Source of the DNA: a virus
Reading direction: 5' to 3' (one strand)
DNA length: 64,000 nucleotides
IMG/VR virus record: IMGVR_UViG_3300035698_009139
Notes under the pieces: model-generated
What the model was told of the DNA's origin: nothing
What the model saw: the letters and a program-made list of their open reading frames with translations, nothing else
The model's database searches: none
In this document: piece after piece, positions 40,131-47,455 of the stretch
Numbering within the stretch: the stretch's first letter is position 1
Layout: every line of letters begins with the position of its first letter
Program-made: the position numbers and the translations under genes

Positions 40131-40433
40131 ATGATGGCTGTTAAAATAACTACAGCAACACTCGCGCTGATCGGTATGCTGGTCACTGGATGGCTCTCAA
40201 TGGGTTTATCTACACCCGTAATGAGCCATGAATTGGCTCCCATCATACAAGTAGCGGGCAGTTATCTGGACGACAAGATTCACAATTTACGCCGAGAGTC
40301 GTTAGACATTCGCGGCCGCCTAGCTGATGGCGTTAAGAATTCTCAGTACAAAAGATTGCTCAACGACCGCTTGCAGCAGATCAACACAGAGATCCTCAAG
40401 CTGCAAAGGCAGTCTAAACAAATCAAACGTTGA
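40131..40433 (+). CDS. membrane-anchored coiled-coil protein
   Basis: N-terminal TM/signal segment; late promoter; AGAGG RBS. Confidence 0.55.
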   Translation: MMAVKITTATLALIGMLVTGWLSMGLSTPVMSHELAPIIQVAGSYLDDKIHNLRRESLDIRGRLADGVKNSQYKRLLNDRLQQINTEILKLQRQSKQIKR

Positions 40434-40508
40434 CGGTGTAGCCCGTGGCCGGGTATACTAGTTAAGAGAGGGTAGCCCCCTCGTGGTTCGATCCCAACTA
40501 CACCGACC
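40434..40508 (+). ncRNA. degenerate tRNA-like RNA
   Basis: CGGTGTAG/CTACACCG stem, two hairpins, TGG-TTCGATC-CCA T loop. Confidence 0.45.
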
Positions 40509-40515
40509 TAATAAT

Positions 40516-40591
40516 GGCCCCATAGTTTAATGGTTAGAATAATGGTTTTTCATGCCGCAGATCACGGGTTCGATTCCCTGTGGGGCCGCCA
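40516..40591 (+). tRNA. tRNA-Glu(TTC)
   Basis: Cloverleaf with bulged T stem, GCCA. Confidence 0.8.
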
Positions 40592-40606
40592 ATACAGGAG
40601 CGCACA

Positions 40607-40753
40607 ATGGACATAAAAGTCCGGCCGATGACGGCCGAAGAGATGCGCTACATGGAAAAGCTGACACATCGGATACACGAAAGTGCCGAAGAAGAAGCTA
40701 AGAAACGCACCCGCAAATGGGGTGGAGCCAAGAAGAGCGAAACTAGCAGTTGA
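40607..40753 (+). CDS. small basic protein (48 aa)
   Basis: AGGAG RBS; MDIKVRPMTAEEMRY... Confidence 0.5.
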   Translation: MDIKVRPMTAEEMRYMEKLTHRIHESAEEEAKKRTRKWGGAKKSETSS

Positions 40754-40778
40754 CTAGATCCTGTTAGTCGTGTATATT
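40750..40778 (+). promoter_or_regulatory. sigma70-type promoter for the large ncRNA
   Basis: gTTGACT-N17-TATATT. Confidence 0.7.
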
Positions 40779-40784
40779 ATCTAA

Positions 40785-41800
40785 ATCGACAGACACAAAA
40801 CCGACTTTCCTTTGTCATGGACTTCGTAGTGAATGTACTGGATCCGTAACCAGATGTCTGTTAGAATCGGCAGTTTGCAGTCAGTCTGCCTCCTCTCACT
40901 AGCTTCGGCTTGAGGAAATCAAACACTGACCTGAGAGTAGTAATAGTAGAGTAATGGCGGTATGACGTCATTAGGATAACTGCAGCAATGCAGCCAAAGT
41001 TAGGACTTCACAGCCTAGCGCCAGAAATGGCCCTTTCATACAAGCTCAGATCTCCTGGCGACAGGTTATCACCGAAGGGTGGTAATAAGATCAGACAGTC
41101 AGCTGTGTGTCCGAAAGGATACTCCCCAGGCCATCCGGTGAGGGGGAAGCGGCCCGCAAGCTGCACCGCAGATGCAAACTGACCGAAGATTGATGATTAA
41201 TGAGTAGCCATAACAAGAGCACGAGCGATTTCAAGTAAGTGCAAGTGGCAGGACAATCGGTGATGGAATACCCCTTCTTAGGAATGTGGTGTTACTGATT
41301 CGAGAAGGACAGCGGAGTACCTGGGAGGGGAAAGGCAAGACGGTGTGTTGTATTTTGTCGGTAACAACCGGCGAAGCAACTGAGACAGCACATCGCAGTG
41401 ATTTCTAAGAAGCTCGTGGAGAGCATCTGCCTTTAGCAGAAGTGGTGGTTCGATCCTACCTCTTTATTTAAAACGCAAAGCCTGTCTCAGTACGTTGTTA
41501 AAGTCGTCTAATCCTAGAATCCTCGGATAATCTAGGTTGCGGATCCTCGCAAGGGAAAAGCAATTGATGGCCAGAAGGTCGGAAACTTCTAGCGGAGTTG
41601 TACTGCTCGCAAGGCAGACGGTTCGAAGGCTGTTGAGTAGCAACGTGCGATAAGTGAAATGCCACACTTTAAAAAAGGCGACGTTGTTCGCAGACTGCCC
41701 AGATCCTCGCGGAGGGGTAGTGGATAACCGGTTAACCTAGATTGCCAATTTAGGGTACGACTGAAGGTGCGGACGTGAAACGTGTAATCTCAGCGTTCTA
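40785..41800 (+). ncRNA. GOLLD-like giant structured RNA
   Basis: About 1 kb with no credible ORF; many GNRA/UUCG hairpins; ACTGAGACAG (41379) pairs CTGTCTCAGT (41482); AAAAAAGGC and terminal TAATCTCAG motifs recalled from GOLLD; lies among tRNAs. Confidence 0.7.
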
Positions 41801-41881
41801 TCGATTCCCCAGTATGGGTGTAACTAAGCTAGCCGACGCGGATATAGTCGTCGGTTGGTTTAGTCACATTTAGGAGGCACA

Positions 41882-42130
41882 ATGAAATTTATACGAAAGC
41901 CAGTGCCTGTGGAAGCAGTCCAATGGACTGGCGATAACCACAAACAAATGTCATCATTTGTCGGCGACCGACTCGAATACATGTCCTTCTTACAAGGACG
42001 GATTATGGAGCTGACAACGTCAAGGGGAATGATTAAGGTGCAGGTGAATGAATGGCTGGTCGTAGGACCATCCGGAGAGTTCTACGCACGAACGGACGAA
42101 GCGTTCTGGAAAGCACACGAAGAAATTTAA
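41882..42130 (+). CDS. conserved phage protein
   Basis: KFIRKPVPVEAVQWTG...GEFY; AGGAGG RBS. Confidence 0.75.
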   Translation: MKFIRKPVPVEAVQWTGDNHKQMSSFVGDRLEYMSFLQGRIMELTTSRGMIKVQVNEWLVVGPSGEFYARTDEAFWKAHEEI

Positions 42131-42131
42131 T

Positions 42132-42206
42132 GGGCGTGAAGCACAACGGTTGTGCAGGGGATTGTCTATTCCAAGGTTGCGGGTTCGAATCCCGTCTCGC
42201 TCGCCA
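42132..42206 (+). tRNA. tRNA-Asp(GTC)
   Basis: Cloverleaf, GCCA. Confidence 0.85.
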
Positions 42207-42224
42207 ATTTTATGAGGTATCATA

Positions 42225-42395
42225 ATGATATGCAAAAAGTGCCAAAAAGCGATGCATATAGGCCAAGTTATCGATCCGTTCCGGCCAGAAAATGCATTTG
42301 TTGATCCAGCACCCGCACCAATCAATAATGATACACTTGTGATGAAAGACTGTTGGAAATGTCCCACGTGTGGACATTCTGAATGGTTAGAATAA
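42225..42395 (+). CDS. small zinc-ribbon protein
   Basis: CKKC...CPTCGH; GAGG RBS. Confidence 0.6.
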   Translation: MICKKCQKAMHIGQVIDPFRPENAFVDPAPAPINNDTLVMKDCWKCPTCGHSEWLE

Positions 42396-42414
42396 ATTAT
42401 ATAATGGAGGTTAC

Positions 42415-42585
42415 ATGACTAAACTTCACATGTCTGTGGATGTTGCACCCAATACGATGGTATCAATGACCAAAGATGCGTACGACGAAATGCAGGAGGA
42501 TCTGCAAGTGTTGTATGCTCTACAGGCGGCCGGCGTGGATAGCTGGGATGGTTACGACTTCGCAATGGAGTCAATAGAAGATTAA
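42415..42585 (+). CDS. gp5.9-like RecBCD/AddAB inhibitor candidate
   Basis: SMTKDAYDEMQ...ALQAAGVDSWDGY; acidic; GGAGG RBS. Confidence 0.55.
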   Translation: MTKLHMSVDVAPNTMVSMTKDAYDEMQEDLQVLYALQAAGVDSWDGYDFAMESIED

Positions 42586-42586
42586 T

Positions 42587-42662
42587 GCCGCTCTTGTGTA
42601 GATGGTCTGCACGTCTGGTTGAAGTTCAGAAGGTCCGGGTTCGATTCCTGGGGGCGGCACCA
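42587..42662 (+). tRNA. tRNA-Phe(GAA)
   Basis: Cloverleaf, ACCA. Confidence 0.9.
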
Positions 42663-42668
42663 AAATAT

Positions 42669-42753
42669 GCGTCGGGAAAGTTAGTGGTTCTAGCACGAGG
42701 CCTGTAAAGCCTTTCTCTTCGGGGGAGAAGTTCGATTCTTCACCGGCGCACCA
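42669..42753 (+). tRNA. tRNA-Tyr(GTA)
   Basis: Type II variable arm, ACCA. Confidence 0.85.
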
Positions 42754-42759
42754 AACGAC

Positions 42760-42904
42760 GGACTGTTGGCGGAAGAGGCAGACGCACTGGGTTGATAGCC
42801 TGGGTTAGATACCACACGGGTCGGCATAGAAAACCTATCGTAATATCTCGAGTAAAAGCGGCAGTTAGTTTATGTTCTTGGAGGTTCGAATCCTTCACAG
42901 TCCA
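42760..42904 (+). ncRNA. tRNA-like RNA with large insertion in the anticodon arm
   Basis: GGACTGT/ACAGTCC acceptor, Leu-like D arm, GGAGG-TTCGAAT-CCTTC T arm. Confidence 0.65.
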
Positions 42905-42991
42905 CTATTACATCAGAAGTAAAACGAGGCGTTACAGCACGCCTATCCACAGAACGCGACGGCGCGCGGCCGGTAATCAGTCTGCGGAGGA

Positions 42992-43092
42992 CTCGCACAG
43001 CACACAGAAACGGGAAACGTTGGTTCGAATCCAACTGCAGCGGCGTAAGGTCGTTGTATCGTCTAGTGGCTTAGGACGCCCGTATGTGCGAG
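42992..43092 (+). ncRNA. circularly permuted tRNA mimic 1 (YrlA-like Y RNA)
   Basis: Order T arm, closed acceptor stem, D arm; ends pair through the extended anticodon stem. Confidence 0.75.
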
Positions 43093-43111
43093 AAGGATGT
43101 AATGATATTCA

Positions 43112-43196
43112 GCATCGAGGAAGGGGAGGTAGTGGTTCGAGTCCGCTTATTGCTACGGCGATATAGTCCAATTGGTAGGGCGCCCCGTGTCGATGT
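43112..43196 (+). ncRNA. circularly permuted tRNA mimic 2 (YrlA-like Y RNA)
   Basis: Same topology; GCATCGA/TCGATGT terminal stem. Confidence 0.75.
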
Positions 43197-43203
43197 AAAC
43201 AAT

Positions 43204-43277
43204 GAGCCCTTGGCAGAATGGTGATGCGTCGGTCTGCAAAACCGAAGGCTCCGGTTCAATTCCGGAAGGGTTCTCCA
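43204..43277 (+). tRNA. tRNA-Cys(GCA)
   Basis: Cloverleaf, U73, CCA. Confidence 0.92.
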
Positions 43278-43284
43278 AAATAAA

Positions 43285-43368
43285 GCCTCTGTGGTGAAAC
43301 GGCAGACACGCTAGTCTTAGGAACTAGTACCGCAAGGTGTGGGGGTTCGACTCCCTCCAGGGGCACCA
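43285..43368 (+). tRNA. tRNA-Leu(TAG)
   Basis: Type II, ACCA. Confidence 0.92.
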
Positions 43369-43619
43369 ATTCAAGGTATATTATGAAAGAAATTAGTAGA
43401 GAAATAATCAACGACAAATATGCGGCAATACGGTATAAATTAGATGAACCGATAATCCGAAGATATTATCCAATTCAATATGTGACAATTCGAATTGAAC
43501 GGTACGGGTGCCAACCGCTATTAATTTAAGGAAGAAATTAATGGCTCTATCGTCCAACGGTAAAACACTAGATTGTCTATCTTGTAGCCGGGGTTCGACT
43601 CCCTCCAGGGGCACCAATT
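43342..43619 (+). repeat. 30-bp direct repeat of the tRNA-Leu 3' end
   Basis: GGGGTTCGACTCCCTCCAGGGGCACCAATT at 43342-43371 and 43590-43619. Confidence 0.9.
43543..43616 (+). pseudogene. chimeric tRNA (Asp GTC 5' part plus Leu 3' end)
   Basis: Acceptor and T stems mismatched; 3' end identical to tRNA-Leu(TAG). Confidence 0.6.
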
Positions 43620-43622
43620 TCT

Positions 43623-43630
43623 TATAAATA
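43623..43630 (+). promoter_or_regulatory. T4-type late promoter
   Basis: TATAAATA upstream of tRNA-Ala and the internal-protein genes. Confidence 0.7.
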
Positions 43631-43639
43631 GGCAACAAT

Positions 43640-43714
43640 GGGGCGCTAGTGCTAACGGGAACACGTTGGTTTTGCATACCGAAGTTCGGGGTTCGATTCC
43701 CCGGCGCTCCACCA
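43640..43714 (+). tRNA. tRNA-Ala(TGC)
   Basis: G3:U70, ACCA. Confidence 0.93.
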
Positions 43715-43731
43715 ATTTTGAGGGGTTCACA

Positions 43732-44106
43732 ATGCAGCGATTTACACAGTTCACACTAAGTGAGATGGTTGATAAAGATGATACTGAAGATCAGAGCATC
43801 AAAAAGGCCGATCACGCAACGCTGCAGCTTAAGCATCGACACATGCAGAGTAGCTGGTCCGACGATAAAGGATCGCACCACACGTTGTCGCACAATTCAC
43901 ATGACGAAGTATCGAAGCCTAAGATAGACTTTCATCACTTCGTCGGCGGAAAGCATAAGGCCTCATTTAGTGTGCCGATCGATAAGACACAGAGCAGAGA
44001 AGATATAGGCAAAGCTGTTCCAAAGGGAACACATGCATCTGTCGCTGATAAGATTCATCAGCGCCACGCAGCAGACCATTCTTCTTACAACCACTACAAC
44101 TCATAA
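43732..44106 (+). CDS. His-rich putative internal head protein
   Basis: MQRFTQFTLSE, CTS-like N-terminus. Confidence 0.6.
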   Translation: MQRFTQFTLSEMVDKDDTEDQSIKKADHATLQLKHRHMQSSWSDDKGSHHTLSHNSHDEVSKPKIDFHHFVGGKHKASFSVPIDKTQSREDIGKAVPKGTHASVADKIHQRHAADHSSYNHYNS

Positions 44107-44117
44107 AGGACAGTCCT

Positions 44118-44519
44118 ATGGATTTCAGAGATTTCAAGTCATTCAACAGAGAATTTACACCCATCACTCGGTTAACTGAGTCTACAGAGCATGCGAAACT
44201 CCGTTCAGGCGCTAAAGAAGAATTTGGTTATGCTTCTAAGGGCGAGGGTGATTATCTCCCTATCAAAAAGAACGCGACGCATGAAGTACATGCCGGGGGC
44301 GGCCGCGGCGGGGCAACATACTCGGGCCGGCACAAGCCAGTCGGAAATGCATCACGGACAGACCATTCACACACAACAATTGATCATCCAGAAGACGGCG
44401 GCAGCCCAAACAAGGCTGACATTCATCGTCAGGTCACAAAACAGAATCCACATCTAGCGGTTGATCATCAAAAGGCTCTGACGCAGATCATTCATCACGA
44501 TGTGAAAGAGAATTACTAA
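44118..44519 (+). CDS. His-rich putative internal head protein
   Basis: FKSF...LTE leader; QNPHL module shared with the 12533 protein. Confidence 0.6.
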   Translation: MDFRDFKSFNREFTPITRLTESTEHAKLRSGAKEEFGYASKGEGDYLPIKKNATHEVHAGGGRGGATYSGRHKPVGNASRTDHSHTTIDHPEDGGSPNKADIHRQVTKQNPHLAVDHQKALTQIIHHDVKENY

Positions 44520-44526
44520 AAACAAA

Positions 44527-44612
44527 GCCGATGTGGTGAAACGGTAGACGCAGCTGCTTCAAACGTAGCCGAGAGCGATCTCATGGGGGTTCGAATCCCT
44601 TCATCGGCACCA
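44527..44612 (+). tRNA. tRNA-Leu(CAA)
   Basis: GCTGC-TTCAAAC-GTAGC, type II. Confidence 0.88.
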
Positions 44613-44623
44613 ATTAGAACAAT

Positions 44624-44716
44624 GGAAGGTGAACCAGCCAGGGGTTGGACCGGTCTTGAAAACCGTGGGAACCTGCGAGAGCAGGTTTGGGCTTCGAGTG
44701 CACCCGCCTTCCTCCA
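44624..44716 (+). tRNA. tRNA-Ser(TGA)
   Basis: Long variable arm, CCA. Confidence 0.85.
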
Positions 44717-44730
44717 ACACGGAGTACATT

Positions 44731-45075
44731 ATGAAAGCACCAAGTCGCATATCAATTCGGGTCAGAAAGACGGAATATTTGGCTGGCAGCCTATCAGAGG
44801 TCGCAAAGTTGATACAGACATGGATAGAGCAATATGGTCCCGAAGCGTATCTGGACATTGATATGGAGCATGAGTTTTACGGCAATGAATACGCAACAGC
44901 CGTAATCAATTACGACCGAGTGGAAAATGATTCCGAGTACAAGAAACGATGCGATAGAATAGATATCGATCGGCGGAAGGCCGAGCGAGCGGCCAAGAAG
45001 CAAAAAGCTGTCGATCTGAACACGTACAAACGCATAAAGAAAGAAATCGAAGCAGACAAACAATCCGGGGTGTAG
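44731..45075 (+). CDS. hypothetical protein
   Basis: GGAG RBS; stop codon lies inside tRNA-Pro. Confidence 0.6.
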   Translation: MKAPSRISIRVRKTEYLAGSLSEVAKLIQTWIEQYGPEAYLDIDMEHEFYGNEYATAVINYDRVENDSEYKKRCDRIDIDRRKAERAAKKQKAVDLNTYKRIKKEIEADKQSGV

Positions 45076-45143
45076 CTCAGGCTGGCCAGAGCTTTCCGTT
45101 TGGGGCGGAAAAGTCGTAGGTTCGAATCCTATCACCCCGACCA
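45066..45143 (+). tRNA. tRNA-Pro(TGG)
   Basis: Cloverleaf, ACCA. Confidence 0.92.
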
Positions 45144-45249
45144 ATTTGAGGAGAATGTGATGAACTGGTGGAAACCAATAATCTGACAAAGAAACAGTAA
45201 CATCAATACTAAGATCGCCGATGTTAGTATGCAGAATTAAAGTTATAAT

Positions 45250-45324
45250 GGTCGGGTGGCTTGAATGGGAAGCAACGTCTTTACATGGCGTGATATGTGG
45301 GTTCGAATCCCTCGCCGATCACCA
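45250..45324 (+). tRNA. tRNA-Val(TAC)
   Basis: ACGTC-TTTACAT-GGCGT, ACCA. Confidence 0.85.
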
Positions 45325-45436
45325 ATTTGGGAATTAACGCCAATTTCGAAGATAGGATCCGGAGCCGAAACGTGGGTAGTGAGAACCACTTCTTCCTGGA
45401 AGACGACGGACTGTTCTTCCAGCCAAATCAATTTAC

Positions 45437-45566
45437 GTCGGGTATCGCATAGTTGCGGTCGGTCTGATTATAACAGTTGTAAGCGCATGGTCAGTAGACG
45501 AATGGATAAAATAGAGTTTGATTGTACATGATGATTCTAGGGTGCAATAACCCCCGCCAGACACCA
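45437..45566 (+). ncRNA. CCA-terminated tRNA-like RNA with expanded core
   Basis: GTCGGGT/GCCAGAC plus ACCA; GGGTGCAATAACCC T-like arm. Confidence 0.45.
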
Positions 45567-45570
45567 GTTT

Positions 45571-45662
45571 AGTAACCGAGCCTCGTAGCTAGAGGTCCGC
45601 GGATGGATAAGCGACGGCGAAACGGTTCGACTCCGTATGTGACGGATACGTCACCGGTTACT
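45571..45662 (+). ncRNA. multi-branch RNA with D- and T-loop motifs
   Basis: AGTAACCG/CGGTTACT closing stem; ACGG-TTCGACT-CCGT; GTGACG-GATA-CGTCAC. Confidence 0.55.
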
Positions 45663-45674
45663 GATTTAACAAAT

Positions 45675-45746
45675 GGCTGATGTGATGGATCTGGCATGTG
45701 CCTCATACGCGCGTCGCACCCGGTCCGATTCCGGGATCAGCCACCA
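45675..45746 (+). tRNA. tRNA-Met(CAT) with degenerate D arm
   Basis: GGCTGAT/ATCAGCC, CTCATAC loop, ACCA. Confidence 0.7.
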
Positions 45747-45748
45747 AG

Positions 45749-45925
45749 TTTGCTGTCCGCTAATAACTGGATGAGGCTAGTTCAGTAAGCGACCGGCGTG
45801 TAGCCGGAGAATGGTGTGCAGAAATATCTATCGACTTCTAGTACGATACATATTATGCTGAATGATATACTGATAACTGGGTCTTTAACTCAACTTCGGT
45901 CTATTAGTTCAACCCAGCAAAGCCA
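45749..45925 (+). ncRNA. structured RNA ending in GCCA
   Basis: TTTGCTG/CAGCAAA terminal stem with internal hairpins. Confidence 0.45.
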
Positions 45926-45930
45926 ATTAT

Positions 45931-46005
45931 GGTTCTATAGTTCAATGGCAGAACGTTCGGCCGATAACCGAAAGAAGATGGGTTCAATTCCCTCTAGGAC
46001 TACCA
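45931..46005 (+). tRNA. tRNA-Ile(GAT)
   Basis: Cloverleaf (C33), ACCA. Confidence 0.87.
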
Positions 46006-46021
46006 ATTTGAGGATTATATA

Positions 46022-46291
46022 ATGAGCACTCTGACCAAAAATTATGCTATCTTGGTTTCGTACCGGGACAACAGCTATCGCTGGAGCACAACTAGGTTTG
46101 AGGCGAGCGTCGCTGATGATTTCATCACTAGAGTGTTTGACTCACTTGTGCAGTTGCCAGATATCCGCGAGGTGAAAATCTTCGAGGTGGCCGCCCGCCC
46201 AATGTTTCACACACATGCAACATTTGAAGAAGATCTCACATCAGACGCAATGATGGAGAAATTAGAGATATTGAAAGGATCATTACAATGA
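46022..46291 (+). CDS. hypothetical protein
   Basis: GAGG RBS. Confidence 0.55.
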   Translation: MSTLTKNYAILVSYRDNSYRWSTTRFEASVADDFITRVFDSLVQLPDIREVKIFEVAARPMFHTHATFEEDLTSDAMMEKLEILKGSLQ

Positions 46292-46752
46292 ACGTCCACC
46301 AATTCTATTTCGTCAGAGATGATCTCGAGTCAATGAATCCCGGCAAGATGGCCGCACAGGTATCGCACGCCGCAGCTATGTTGGCTGAGCGTGGGCTGTG
46401 CTCAGGTAATTCTACGTTCTATGATTTATACAAGTCGTGGATGAATCAGACGACAGATAACTTCGGGGTCGCTCACACGAGGGCCGCTGATCCTCATGAT
46501 ATTTTTGACATGGGTGCTGATCTGGATGATGACTATGAATCCCAGTTGTCGGCGATCATCAACAATGCTACCTTAGAGGGAGCGGTACCTAACATTATTG
46601 ATGTTACTGTAACAGACCCGGAATATCCATTGAAAGATGGCCGCACGGTTCATCACTTTCCAATGCAGACTGTTCGGGCCGTGATGTTTGATGTAGACAA
46701 ACATCCTACACTCGGCGCCGCATTCCAGAAGATGTCCTACAGGCATCCATAA
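46288..46752 (+). CDS. peptidyl-tRNA hydrolase, Pth2 family
   Basis: VRDDLESMNPGKMAAQVSHAA; VTDP. Confidence 0.75.
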   Translation: MNVHQFYFVRDDLESMNPGKMAAQVSHAAAMLAERGLCSGNSTFYDLYKSWMNQTTDNFGVAHTRAADPHDIFDMGADLDDDYESQLSAIINNATLEGAVPNIIDVTVTDPEYPLKDGRTVHHFPMQTVRAVMFDVDKHPTLGAAFQKMSYRHP

Positions 46753-46756
46753 CAAT

Positions 46757-46831
46757 CTCCCTGTCGTCTAGTGGCTAGGACGCTACCCTCTCAAGGTAGA
46801 AACGTCGGTTCAAGTCCGATCAGGGGGCCCA
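46757..46831 (+). tRNA. tRNA-Glu(CTC)
   Basis: Cloverleaf, CCA. Confidence 0.88.
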
Positions 46832-46877
46832 ATTAACCGGTATAGACCGTGGCAATCGTCCCCAGTGGAATTTTAAT

Positions 46878-46961
46878 GGGCCGCTGAAGCTGAAACTAAG
46901 TCTGGGACAGGAGCGGTCTTTTAAACCGTATGCGTGGGTTCGATTCCCCGGCGGCCCCCCA
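46878..46961 (+). tRNA. tRNA-Lys(TTT) with enlarged atypical D region
   Basis: GCGGT-CTTTTAA-ACCGT; GGGCCGC/GCGGCCC; CCA. Confidence 0.7.
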
Positions 46962-46967
46962 AACAAT

Positions 46968-47042
46968 CGCCGGCGTAGTGTAATGGTAACACGACAGGTT
47001 GTGGTCCTGTTAATGAGAGTTCGATCCTCTCCGTCGCGACCA
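46968..47042 (+). tRNA. tRNA-His(GTG), A73, no G-1
   Basis: ACAGG-TTGTGGT-CCTGT, ACCA. Confidence 0.85.
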
Positions 47043-47050
47043 ATTAGATG

Positions 47051-47079
47051 TTGACCTCTATATGAGGTTGATGTAAGAT
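47051..47079 (+). promoter_or_regulatory. sigma70-type early promoter
   Basis: gTTGACC-N17-TAAGAT. Confidence 0.6.
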
Positions 47080-47099
47080 GAGTTAACATTCAGCATGAG

Positions 47100-47303
47100 G
47101 TGATTATGATTATCGATTCACGAGGACCAGATGGCAATGCCTTTACAATCATGGGCCAGGTCAAAGTACTTCTGAAACAAATTGGCCGATCGGATGAATG
47201 GGAAGATATTCGGGAACGGATGTTCAGCGGATCGTATGATGAGCTTTGCGACATTGCAGAAGAAGTCACTAACGGCTCAATTGTCGTCACAAATCGTGGA
47301 TAG
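47100..47303 (+). CDS. conserved phage hypothetical protein
   Basis: GPDGNAFTIMG...SGSYD. Confidence 0.7.
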   Translation: MIMIIDSRGPDGNAFTIMGQVKVLLKQIGRSDEWEDIRERMFSGSYDELCDIAEEVTNGSIVVTNRG

Positions 47304-47455
47304 CCGCCAGCGAATTTTTGCGCAGAGGATGACTGAAGTCAGCCACCGTCGGCAAGAATTCAAGTGTGATACCGCCAGAAGAATGGCGGCCGAATATATA
47401 AGACGGCTTGACAAAGAGCGGTCGGATAAACTGTTGAAAGATAAGGACGGTGACA

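Noticed and set aside
38608-40134. ORFs 38608-39000 and 39664-40134 (also 40988, 42792, 44583, 45265, 48283, 51737)
   Set aside because: They run through tRNA or ncRNA genes, lack an RBS and have no protein motifs
43050-43162. One intron-containing tRNA spanning the two permuted elements
   Set aside because: It needs a 6-nt bulge in the acceptor stem; the two-element permuted model pairs more bases and explains both T arms and both D arms
44527-44612. Possible opal suppressor or Sec tRNA (CTTCAAA read as TCA)
   Set aside because: Only the register GCTGC/GTAGC pairs, which gives CAA; body and A73 are Leu-type
38050-46010. tmRNA or RNase P RNA
   Set aside because: No tag reading frame with a G3:U70 tRNA-like domain, and no GAGGAAAGTCC core found by eye
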